From: Candidatus Thorarchaeota archaeon
GTDB taxonomy: Archaea; Asgardarchaeota; Heimdallarchaeia; Hodarchaeales; Hodarchaeaceae
DNA: 32,000 nucleotides
NCBI GenBank assembly: GCA_048882505.1
Contig: JBHLRO010000016.1
Coordinates: 60,001 to 92,000 of the forward strand
Direction: 5' to 3'
In this document: positions 1 through 7,534 of the stretch, piece by piece
Layout of the letters: every line of letters begins with the position of its first letter
Position numbering within the stretch: the stretch's first letter is position 1
Translations under genes and position numbers: made by a program
The notes under the pieces: generated by a model
Told to the model about the DNA's origin: nothing
Database searches by the model: none
What the model saw: only the letters and a program-made list of their open reading frames with translations

Positions 1-246
1 CCAAAGAAAAGGGAGCGTCTGATATTCCGAGATCCAACGACCAGTAGTTTGAGTACAGTACTTTTCAAGATAGATAGAGGCCGCCGTCACAAATTGATTC
101 CGGGTAGAGGGAACACGCACATCCACATGTTGCAAAAGGTTAATGAAATCCGCTACATATTGCTGGTGGGCGCCGTCATAATGAGGGACAAACTGTGGAA
201 GCCGCTCCACGAGCAACTGGAGCAGTCGCCACTTGCGATCCCGCAT
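1..246 (-). CDS. Partial CDS running off the left edge (>=82 aa), hypothetical, weak cyclin/TFB-fold-like helix
   Basis: Manual translation: ATG at 246 (in-frame GTG at 255) opens a stop-free frame to base 1, MRDRKWRLLQLLVERLPQFVPHYDGAHQQYVADFINLLQHVDVRVPSTRNQFVTAASIYLEKYCTQTTGRWISEYQTLPFLW. Absent from the ORF track because it is incomplete. Confidence 0.55.
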   Translation of the reverse strand, partial: MRDRKWRLLQLLVERLPQFVPHYDGAHQQYVADFINLLQHVDVRVPSTRNQFVTAASIYLEKYCTQTTGRWISEYQTLPFLW

Positions 247-576
247 TTTGGACACGAGGTGAACACCAGCTGTTAAGGGTAGTTTTAGTTAGGCCACGCC
301 CCAATTAAATAAGATTTTGTTCATTGAATGAAAAGGGAAGAGCGGAAAAAATAAACAAAAGCAAGATCTTTTCACAACATTCAGTTATGGAAAAAGAGGA
401 TGGTGAAATCCTAACCGAATTTCGATACATTCTTCATAACTCTGAATTGCAAATTGTTCAAAGTATGGATCATGGGATGAACCAGTCTTTTAAGCTCGTC
501 TTTCATTAATCGGACTCGTATTAGTTCATCTGTAATGTTGTGTTTCCAGGTGACCAGCCAGAGTTCCCCCACATCG

Positions 577-895
577 TCATACATGCTTTGTTGAAGCGAT
601 CACTTGGATTTTATTGCTACCCAGAAAAAACCATTCGCTATTTCCATAGAAAATTCTCCTGATCGCATTGTGTACCGAACATAAGCCGATCCTTATGATA
701 GATCTCGGCATGAAGTTCGAAATGATTTCCTAAAAATGCCTCCTGGTTCGCTTCAACTAGACTGAGGTAGGCCTTTTTCCCAGTTACAGTCCCGTAAGGA
801 CTGGTGTGTGTGAAAGTCTCTTCTTTAGGTATCTTCGCAAAGTCTCCTTCTTCCCATTTCTAAAATCACAATCGCACTAATTTCTTTAGTTCCAT
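577..895 (-). pseudogene. Disrupted SnoaL-like / NTF2-family protein
   Basis: ATG at 895, 9 nt after the mbf1 stop: MELKKLVRL*F*KWEEGDFAKIPKEETFTHTSPYGTVTGKKAYLSLVEANQEAFLGNHFELHAEIYHKDR. After a frameshift it reads YVRYTMRSGEFSMEI, after a second SEWFFLGSNKIQVIASTKHV*. Two in-frame stops (TGA 868-866, TAG 862-860) plus two frameshifts. The family call rests on my recognition of the HTSPYG..GK.AY / VRYT / SEW pattern. Confidence 0.7.
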
Positions 896-904
896 TGTGG
901 CCAC

Positions 905-1432
905 TTACTTCTTTTTACGTTTAATCTTGGCAATAGATCCAAGGGTAGTTGAACGGGGGATTAAATCGTCATCTGCGGTGCTTTCCTCTGAAATCTCCGT
1001 TTTCAATTCTATGTCTAGTTCGCGTTCAATTTTTTGAATAACGCGATCCGTTGGTAAAACCTTCTCCGTTTCGATCCGTGCAAGGAGGGTTTCTTTTTCC
1101 TTGATCATTTGAGCGAGTTCGCCTCGTCCGAGGCCACGAGTGCGACGAGCTTCTTGAATAAGTTCACCATAGCCATCGACCAGAATTTTATCATGAAGAA
1201 AGTCTTTTTCGGGAGGACGGGGATGTCTAGGTTGACGATACGGAGATTTATTCATATCACTAGGGCGTCCTGACGGGGTCCGTTGGGAAGATCGCCGTGG
1301 GGATCGTTTCGGAACTACTGGTTTTCCGAATCGGGCACACTTGGGGCATGCGTGCAATTGAACGTGATCAATTTCGACCAGCGTAACGGGTGCTTCAGCC
1401 CCGCACATTTCACATGGTTGTATCCTACTCAA
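905..1432 (-). CDS. mbf1: Archaeal multiprotein bridging factor 1 (Zn ribbon + HTH)
   Basis: N-terminal CEMCG...CPKC zinc ribbon and C-terminal HTH (YGELIQEARRTRGLGRGELA..IKEKETLLARIE). TTG start; divergent from pan, a known archaeal neighbourhood. Confidence 0.93.
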   Translation of the reverse strand: MSRIQPCEMCGAEAPVTLVEIDHVQLHACPKCARFGKPVVPKRSPRRSSQRTPSGRPSDMNKSPYRQPRHPRPPEKDFLHDKILVDGYGELIQEARRTRGLGRGELAQMIKEKETLLARIETEKVLPTDRVIQKIERELDIELKTEISEESTADDDLIPRSTTLGSIAKIKRKKK

Positions 1433-1840
1433 TTTAACAACATCCTATTCTCTGGGCGGGTATCACGATTCATGAGGGAATAATTACTCAATTCTTAAAT
1501 GAATTGACCAATTGGATCGATTTCCTTTTTATTGAGGTAAAGGGCCCTAGGAATTATAATTCTTGGCTGGCCGGTACCAAGCGATGTAGAGCCATTGGTA
1601 CTATTTCTAGGCACTATTGGTCAGAGGAGGTTTTTATTTTACGGGTTTTTTGACACAGCAACAAAAGATGATGAACCGTTACCCGAATTGAGAAAAGGCT
1701 GCAAAGTAAACCAGGCGTTTGTCAATAGATCTTGTGATTTAGCATAGGGAACCGAATAAAAACATTTTTGTTTTTTGGTGGATTTGGAGACCACAACAGA
1801 GAAATACCTATGGAATAGGTATACACGCCTTCATTATATC

Positions 1841-1847
1841 TTTAAAA
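1841..1847 (+). promoter_or_regulatory. Putative TATA box of pan
   Basis: TTTAAAA about 26 nt upstream of the pan ATG (1873), matching archaeal TATA spacing for a short or leaderless transcript. Confidence 0.45.
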
Positions 1848-1872
1848 TTAACCAATTCTACCAGGGAATACT

Positions 1873-3066
1873 ATGTCAGATCCAGTGGATAAGAAACGAT
1901 CGTATGATGATTTTCAAGACTCTTACACAAGAACTATGGAACGTCGGATTCGAGCTTTGGAAACAGAACGGCATTTACTCGAGATCCAACGGAATAAACT
2001 GGAGGAAGAGCGTGACAATCTCAAACTTGAATTAACTAAGTTAAGACAGCCACCTCTTTTCACTGGAACTGTACAAGAAGTTCTAGAGTCAGGAAAAGCC
2101 ATTGTCAAAAGTTCTACAGGCCCTTCATTTGTGGTCGTTGTTGATTCTTCAATAGCACGAGACTTACTAACCCCCGGTACCAGGGTAGCGCTTCATCAAC
2201 GCAATTTTGCTGTCTTGGAAGTTCTCCCCCAGAGTAGAGATCCTTTGGTTCGCTCAATGGAGATTCTTTCGAAACCATCAGAGACCTATACAGAAATTGG
2301 AGGGCTAAAAATCCAAATCCAAGAGTTGCGTGAAACGGTAGAATTACCTTTATTACAGCCTGATTTGTTTGAAAAAGTAGGAATCGAACCCCCGAAAGGT
2401 GTACTTCTCCACGGCCCACCAGGATCCGGAAAAACACTTATGGTTAAAGCGGTAGCTCACGAAACCAAAGCTCAATTCATTCGAGTTATTGGCTCTGAGC
2501 TGGTACAAAAATATATCGGTGAGGGAGCCCGCCTCGTCCGCGAAGTTTTTTCTTTTGCACGAGAAAACTCGCCGAGTATACTTTTCATTGACGAATTAGA
2601 TGCTATCGGAAGTAAACGATTAGACATTGCCACCAGTGGGGATCGGGAGGTTCAGCGAACTTTGATGCAATTACTTAGCGAATTGGACGGATTCTCCCCT
2701 CGTGGTGATGTCAAGATCATTGGAGCCACAAATCGGGTAGACATTCTAGATCCTGCACTCCTACGACCAGGGAGATTTGATCGACATATTGAGGTACCGC
2801 TCCCCAATCTGGAGGAACGATTAGAGATTTTTAAGATCCATAGTCGTTTCATGAATGTGAGTAAATCCGTTAGGTACGATTTTTTGGCCAATGAGACCGC
2901 TGATGCTTCAGGGGCGGATATTCGTGCTATAACCCAAGAAGCAGGGATGTATGCAATCCGAGAGAGGCGGACCATTGTGAATTTTGAGGATTTCAAGGAT
3001 GCTATCGATAAGGTCTTATCAAAAAGGCATGGTGAAATTCTCGCATCTAGGAACGAATATTTCTAA
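1873..3066 (+). CDS. pan: Proteasome-activating nucleotidase (AAA+ ATPase)
   Basis: N-terminal coiled coil, OB domain, Walker A GPPGSGKT, Walker B FIDELD, pore loop KYIGEG, SRH LDPALLRPGRFDR. The C-terminal EYF is compatible with an HbYX motif. Confidence 0.97.
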   Translation: MSDPVDKKRSYDDFQDSYTRTMERRIRALETERHLLEIQRNKLEEERDNLKLELTKLRQPPLFTGTVQEVLESGKAIVKSSTGPSFVVVVDSSIARDLLTPGTRVALHQRNFAVLEVLPQSRDPLVRSMEILSKPSETYTEIGGLKIQIQELRETVELPLLQPDLFEKVGIEPPKGVLLHGPPGSGKTLMVKAVAHETKAQFIRVIGSELVQKYIGEGARLVREVFSFARENSPSILFIDELDAIGSKRLDIATSGDREVQRTLMQLLSELDGFSPRGDVKIIGATNRVDILDPALLRPGRFDRHIEVPLPNLEERLEIFKIHSRFMNVSKSVRYDFLANETADASGADIRAITQEAGMYAIRERRTIVNFEDFKDAIDKVLSKRHGEILASRNEYF

Positions 3067-3099
3067 CTCCTTCGTTCTACTTTCATTTAAAGGGGAATC

Positions 3100-3591
3100 C
3101 TATTCATCCGAGAGAAGAGTGGAATGCTTGGTTTGGAATAAGACGTCTAGCAGGTTTTTGAATGCATTAACGGCAACTAGGTGTTCTTCACGAGGGTGAT
3201 GGAGTAGTTCTGGTTTCAACTGGGAAACAAGGGGGGTAACGAATTCATCCAAACTCACTGAACCATGTATCCAAAAGAAGAGAATCAATGCTTCAACACG
3301 ATCAGCCACAAAGTCCTTTCTCCCGCGTAATCCCAATGTCTCCAGCCATAATGATTTTCGGTATGCTTCGGATAGTATTGAGTCCGAGACTTTAGTTCCA
3401 GTTGTCTTCTTAAGTACCAGACTTTTTGCGATAGAGTAAATTAGGTTAACTAATGCATCTCCGAGTTTGGCGTTACCTCGGTCGAGAATAAACCCAGTTA
3501 AATCCCTATGCTCGCGCGAAGATAAAGTAATATTGCCGAGAGTGGCCCTATGTTCTTGAAGATCTGTGAATGTTGCCACCCTCGACTCCAA
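3100..3591 (-). CDS. Archaeal ribonuclease III-like (mini-RNase III domain) protein
   Basis: AKLGDALVNLIYS...KVSD..L...ADRVEALI matches the RNase III signature (GD...N, AD..EA). Lies directly downstream of rpoL. Confidence 0.8.
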   Translation of the reverse strand: MESRVATFTDLQEHRATLGNITLSSREHRDLTGFILDRGNAKLGDALVNLIYSIAKSLVLKKTTGTKVSDSILSEAYRKSLWLETLGLRGRKDFVADRVEALILFFWIHGSVSLDEFVTPLVSQLKPELLHHPREEHLVAVNAFKNLLDVLFQTKHSTLLSDE

Positions 3592-3602
3592 ACTTGGAAA
3601 TG

Positions 3603-3884
3603 TTAAGACTCGGAGATTTTGGTTTCAAAAACCTTCAATAGATCATCACATTTCCTAACGATCGCATCTGCGGCGTTTTGAAGAGCCACAACGGGATCTG
3701 TTCCAGCAGTTTGGAGATAAAAAATCGGATTCTCGAGGATGGGATGCGGTATACGATACGCGGCAAATAGAACCCCTGGCTGATCCTTTAAGGATTCGCG
3801 GAGCATACTCAGAAATGTGTGGTTTTCTCCTATTATTTCAAACTCTAATAAGCTCTCTTCTTTACGTAATATCTTTGTTTGCAT
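3603..3884 (-). CDS. rpoL: DNA-directed RNA polymerase subunit L (Rpo11)
   Basis: GENHTF..MLR..L...PGV.FAAYRIPHP motif. ATG at 3884 is preceded by a GAGGTG RBS (the track starts at the GTG at 3893). Confidence 0.96.
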   Translation of the reverse strand: MQTKILRKEESLLEFEIIGENHTFLSMLRESLKDQPGVLFAAYRIPHPILENPIFYLQTAGTDPVVALQNAADAIVRKCDDLLKVFETKISES

Positions 3885-4082
3885 AAAATTCACCTCGATC
3901 TTGATGCCCCGAAAGAATCACTGAAAGACCTTTTTGCTTGAATGATGGTTTTCGGAAGGAAACAGAGCTCATTCGGCTATTTTACGCAGTGTTTTGGATC
4001 TCTCTTTCAATTTTTTGGTGATTTTGATAATACATAGAGGGAAAACGCAGATGATAAGCCGCCGAGAGTAGCAAAGATTCTA

Positions 4083-5069
4083 TTAGAAATAATGCGTATT
4101 TCTATTTACAGATTGAGTTTCTACATTAAGAATTTGTCCTGCAATTGCTTTACTCAAATGAGGTGGAACACTCTCTCCTACCTGGTTAAAACAGGAGTCC
4201 AAATTTCCATAGAAACAAAAATCATCGGGATAGCTCATCAAACGAGCATGTTCGCGTACTGTACAAAGACGGGGTAAAAATGGATGGATAAAACGGGATT
4301 TTCCCATCACCGTAGGGCTAGGTTGGTCTAATAATAGGCGAATATAGTTTTTCAGATAGGTTCTATCCTGACTTCCCCTAAAATACACCAGAGCTCCGCC
4401 AGGAGGTGTTTTAGATATCTTACGTTCGAATGATGAAGGTGGAGGGACAAAATCATGGTTCGGGATTCTTCCTGTGGATTGGGGAAGTGACCAAAAAGCA
4501 TTGTTTACAGTTGAAACCTTGAAGCTCCTTTTGGCGGAAGGCGATCTGATCGGAACATTTGAAATAAAAACACGTTTTCGGTAACTCGGAATTCCAAATT
4601 CAACTGCCTCCAAAACATTGAATAAGATCTCATAACCCGAATGACCGAATTCATGTCGAATTAGGCTTTGCATCTCAAGTGAAGCGACATTAACAACGTT
4701 TTCTATTATAAAGAACGATGGGCTCAGATCCGAGATTATTCGGATGGCGTGTAGCATCAAACGACCACCTTCATCATTATACAGTTGGTTATAAGCTGAC
4801 TGTTTTCGGTCAGGATTGGCAGCGGAGAACGACTCGCATGGAGGAGAGGCTATTACAATATCAGGAGACTTGCCGTTTAATAGCTCTAGGATCTCTAGAG
4901 AGTGAAGTTCTTGAACATCGCTTTCGATGACTTCTTCGACAGGAATGTTTGCCTGATAGGTCTCCAATGCTCGATAATCATGATCAATGGCGATTTTGAT
5001 TTTCAATTTGGAGATTCCCTGTAGGAAACCGAATGAAAAGCCTCCGCATCCTGAAAAAAGATCAATCAA
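4083..5069 (-). CDS. C5-cytosine methyltransferase (Dcm-like), orphan
   Basis: Motif I DLFSGCGG, motif IV SPPC, motif VI ENV, motif VIII RKRVF, motifs IX/X TVREHARLMSYPD..QVGESVPP. TTG start overlaps the stop of the upstream gene. Confidence 0.92.
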   Translation of the reverse strand: MIDLFSGCGGFSFGFLQGISKLKIKIAIDHDYRALETYQANIPVEEVIESDVQELHSLEILELLNGKSPDIVIASPPCESFSAANPDRKQSAYNQLYNDEGGRLMLHAIRIISDLSPSFFIIENVVNVASLEMQSLIRHEFGHSGYEILFNVLEAVEFGIPSYRKRVFISNVPIRSPSAKRSFKVSTVNNAFWSLPQSTGRIPNHDFVPPPSSFERKISKTPPGGALVYFRGSQDRTYLKNYIRLLLDQPSPTVMGKSRFIHPFLPRLCTVREHARLMSYPDDFCFYGNLDSCFNQVGESVPPHLSKAIAGQILNVETQSVNRNTHYF

Positions 5070-5568
5070 ATCGACCTTCTTCGCTCTCCTGTTTATCCAA
5101 TAATCTTACTTTCTGAACTAATCCGTTTAAAAAAAGTGCCGTGAGCGCGATAGGATTAATATTAGAGCTGATCTCTTTCATATAAATACAGTCTCCTAAA
5201 TCTAATTCCCTTCGGGTAAGACCCGGCGAAGAACCACCAACAGCTACTAAAACCTTTTTAGTTTTTAAATTCGTGATAATCTGGTCATAAGGTACTGGTA
5301 TCTGACTATAACGAGGAGCTACAAGTAAATAAACAATCTGGGGATCCAATGTTTCGATGATATCCTCGATACTTGAGAAAAAAAGTAGGTTTCCTCCAGC
5401 AGAAAACACCGTTTTTTGGGCCTCTGGGATTCCAATTGAGGCAGCTGCCGCAGTAATTTTGCTGTAGACTATATTTTTGCAGGATAACCCAATACATGTG
5501 TCGGCAAAGTATTTGACCGCCCTACGACTATTTGAATTATGAAATGCCATGAACAAGTGCTTCAACAT
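5062..5568 (-). CDS. COG4080-type SpoU/SPOUT-like protein (historically annotated RecB-family nuclease)
   Basis: FHN..S......F.....GL....IV.SK...AAA..GIPEA.K pattern, and a C-terminal GGSSPGLTRRELDLG knot-like segment. GGAGG RBS upstream. Confidence 0.8.
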   Translation of the reverse strand: MLKHLFMAFHNSNSRRAVKYFADTCIGLSCKNIVYSKITAAAASIGIPEAQKTVFSAGGNLLFFSSIEDIIETLDPQIVYLLVAPRYSQIPVPYDQIITNLKTKKVLVAVGGSSPGLTRRELDLGDCIYMKEISSNINPIALTALFLNGLVQKVRLLDKQESEEGRFD

Positions 5569-5625
5569 CCTATGACCTCCGAAAAAACATAAGTTTGAGT
5601 TGGTTTATTAACACAGTTTTATGGC

Positions 5626-5637
5626 AAGAACTTTAAT
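5626..5637 (+). promoter_or_regulatory. Putative BRE-TATA promoter of tRNA-Ser
   Basis: AAGAACTTTAAT (purine-rich BRE plus TTTAAT), about 63 nt upstream of the tRNA. Very similar to AAAACCTTTAAT upstream of S12. Confidence 0.5.
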
Positions 5638-5699
5638 TTGGAAAGAAAAAGGAAAGAAAACCACTCAAAAGGCGACCTAGGGAACGCCTTCAACAAGAT

Positions 5700-5813
5700 G
5701 TCGGGATATCCAAGCCTGGTATGGAGCCAGCCTGCTAAGCTGGTGAGTTTAAATTCAATATGACTAATCGTATAGGAGAACATCTCTCGGGGGTTCAAAT
5801 CCCCCTCCCGACG
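5700..5813 (+). tRNA. tRNA-Ser(GCT) with a 31-nt intron in the variable arm; mature 83 nt, no encoded CCA
   Basis: Acceptor GTCGGGA/TCCCGAC, discriminator G, D-arm TCCA-AGCCTGGTA-TGGA, anticodon arm CCAGC-CT GCT AA-GCTGG (anticodon 5734-5736), T-arm GGGGG-TTCAAAT-CCCCC. Confidence 0.95.
5753..5783 (+). other. tRNA intron (variable arm) with strict bulge-helix-bulge motif
   Basis: Central helix GTTT(5747-50)/GAAC(5778-81), 3-nt bulges AAA and ATC, paired flanks on both sides. Removal gives the variable arm T-GAGT-TTA-ACTC-TC. Confidence 0.88.
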
Positions 5814-5914
5814 TCAATCATTTCAAATGTTCAAGCACCGATTTTTCATACTAAATCAATGACTGAAGAATGACAAGACGGGCCCGATGAGATTCGAACT
5901 CATGACCCCTGCGT

Positions 5915-5943
5915 ATCTCCAAGGCCAGATTTTCCGGCCATTT
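5915..5943 (-). other. tRNA-Arg intron at canonical 37/38 (29 nt)
   Basis: BHB geometry with central helix CTGC/GGAG (one G:G mismatch) and internal hairpin AA(T)GGCCGGA-AAA-TCTGGCCTT. Confidence 0.85.
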
Positions 5944-5960
5944 CCGCAGCGCAGTACTCT

Positions 5961-6007
5961 AACTGGGAATAAATACGGACGTACTGAAAAAATCACGCCG
6001 CATAAAT
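5961..6007 (-). other. tRNA-Arg intron in the D-loop at 20a/21 (47 nt)
   Basis: Central helix CTGG/CCAG, bulges AT|A and TT|A, inner stem ATGCGG/CCGTAT. Relaxed (BHL-like) motif. Removal restores the D-loop AGCCTGGATA. Confidence 0.82.
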
Positions 6008-6058
6008 ATCCAGGCTAAGCCACGGGCCCAGGTTCTGGGTATCACAAACTGGGATCAG

Positions 6059-6065
6059 ATTTAAG
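6059..6065 (-). promoter_or_regulatory. Putative TATA box of tRNA-Arg
   Basis: CTTAAAT on the minus strand, 30 nt upstream of tRNA position 1. Confidence 0.45.
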
Positions 6066-6117
6066 GATCTTACGACAACTTATGATTGATAAGCATTAAT
6101 CTTATGATTTCTTTGTT

Positions 6118-7440
6118 TCAGCTTAGATCATTTACAATTCCGACTGCTATTGTTTGCCCCGAGTATCTGAGGATAAGCCGCCCAAGTTCGGGAAAATCTG
6201 CAAATTTCTCAACCACTAGGGGATTTTCCAAGATGAGGTCGACATCTACGAGTTCGTGTTCAAAAGCGATTGTTAACCTCCCTTCAAATTCGCGCGCGAA
6301 ATTTTCATGTTGTGGATTTTTCCTAAGAATTTCATGAATCTTCGAGATCTGAGCAGGAGCATATGATGCGCCGCAATGCATGACTACAGAGGAGCCTGGA
6401 ACAAAAGTACCTTCTAAAATGAGCAATCGTGCGCGTACAGTATATTTCAAAGAATAATTTTGCCCTTGAGGGGCAAGAACTATCCCCTCTTCCAATTTAT
6501 CCTTGTCTGTGTATCTCAAAAGAATGGAACCATGCTCGCCTGGATGGAGAGAATCGGCTTTCGCAGTTTGGATCCAAATCTCCTTGATTTCATCATTCTC
6601 TCCAGATGGTAGGATCATTACGGGATCACCATTGCTTAACGTTGCGCCAATCATTTTTCCCATTAACAACGTGCCAAAACCATGACGTTCGTCAAGATCA
6701 TACACGATAAATCTCCCAGTGGAATTACTATTTGCAGCAATCCCTTCCAACGAGTTTAAGGCCTCGATCAGGGTAGGCCCCTTATACCATTGAAGGTTAT
6801 CTGATGGTTGAGTTAAATTGTCTCCTGAGAACCCACTGATGGGGACGATGGGGATCCTATCCAAATATTTTGTCCAAGGGGATTGAATTTCCAGTATAAA
6901 CTGCTTTATCTTTGTTGCTGCGTCTGTGAAGAGTTCTTCACGAAAATCCACGAGATCCATTTTGTTTATTGCCACAATCAACTGGCTTATCCCTAATACC
7001 GATGCCAAGATAGCGTGTTCACGAGTTTGGCCCCCGGGACTTTGATCCTCTCCTATCTTCAAACCAGATTTCAGGTCGTTCGGAACTGCGCTAACTACCA
7101 ATACACAAGCATCAGCTTGAACCGCGCCTCGAATCATATTTTTCACGAAATCACGATGCCCAGGGGCATCAATGAGCATAAATCTGCGTTCCGAAGTTTC
7201 AAAGGGGAAAAAAGCGATATCTGACGTAATCCCACGTTGTCTTTCTTCAGGAAGAGAATCTAGGACGTATGCCCATTGCCACGAGTCCATATGATATTGA
7301 GTGGCTTCTTCTTTCAGTTTTTCCACCAATCTAGCATCTATGACGCCAATTTGAGCTAACATATGACCTAGTGTTGTGGATTTTCCATGATCTACATGGC
7401 CAATCCAAACCAAAGAAATGGTGGGCTTTTTTTTTACCAT
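6118..7440 (-). CDS. EF-1alpha-family translational GTPase paralog (HBS1/eRF3-like candidate)
   Basis: G1 GHVDHGKST, G2 RGITSDI, G3 DAPGH, GQTREH, G4 NKMD, G5 SGFSG and a three-domain layout. Domain II is diverged (GRFIVYDLDERHGFGTLLMGKM). Confidence 0.85.
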   Translation of the reverse strand: MVKKKPTISLVWIGHVDHGKSTTLGHMLAQIGVIDARLVEKLKEEATQYHMDSWQWAYVLDSLPEERQRGITSDIAFFPFETSERRFMLIDAPGHRDFVKNMIRGAVQADACVLVVSAVPNDLKSGLKIGEDQSPGGQTREHAILASVLGISQLIVAINKMDLVDFREELFTDAATKIKQFILEIQSPWTKYLDRIPIVPISGFSGDNLTQPSDNLQWYKGPTLIEALNSLEGIAANSNSTGRFIVYDLDERHGFGTLLMGKMIGATLSNGDPVMILPSGENDEIKEIWIQTAKADSLHPGEHGSILLRYTDKDKLEEGIVLAPQGQNYSLKYTVRARLLILEGTFVPGSSVVMHCGASYAPAQISKIHEILRKNPQHENFAREFEGRLTIAFEHELVDVDLILENPLVVEKFADFPELGRLILRYSGQTIAVGIVNDLS

Positions 7441-7534
7441 AAAACATTACCGATTTGCTAGAGAAACGGTTCAAAAGTAGAAATCTAAATTATCCTAATG
7501 TAAAAAAAGGGAAAAAGGAACTGGGAAAATGGCG

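Larger units (their letters stand above)
5879..6029 (-). tRNA. tRNA-Arg(GCG) with two introns (D-loop and 37/38); mature 75 nt
   Basis: Acceptor GGGCCCG/CGGGCCC, D-stem GCTT/GAGT, anticodon arm CTGCG-CT GCG GA-CGCAG (anticodon 5947-5945), variable GGGTC, T-arm ATGAG-TTCGAAT-CTCAT. Confidence 0.92.

Noticed and set aside
49-276. 75-aa plus-strand ORF from the track
   Set aside because: It is antisense to the longer open minus-strand frame (1-246) that has more protein-like composition, and shows no motif.
324-509. 61-aa ORF with TTG start
   Set aside because: Short, no RBS or recognisable motif; cannot be supported as a gene.
860-868. In-frame TGA and TAG in the SnoaL-like gene as Sec/Pyl recoding or an alternative genetic code
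   Set aside because: The same gene also has two frameshifts, and TGA/TAG terminate bona fide genes elsewhere in the window (e.g. S12 TGA, S9 TAG), so this is decay.
5669-5690. AAGGCG/CGCCTT hairpin in the tRNA-Ser leader
   Set aside because: A single 6-bp stem with no further support; may be incidental.
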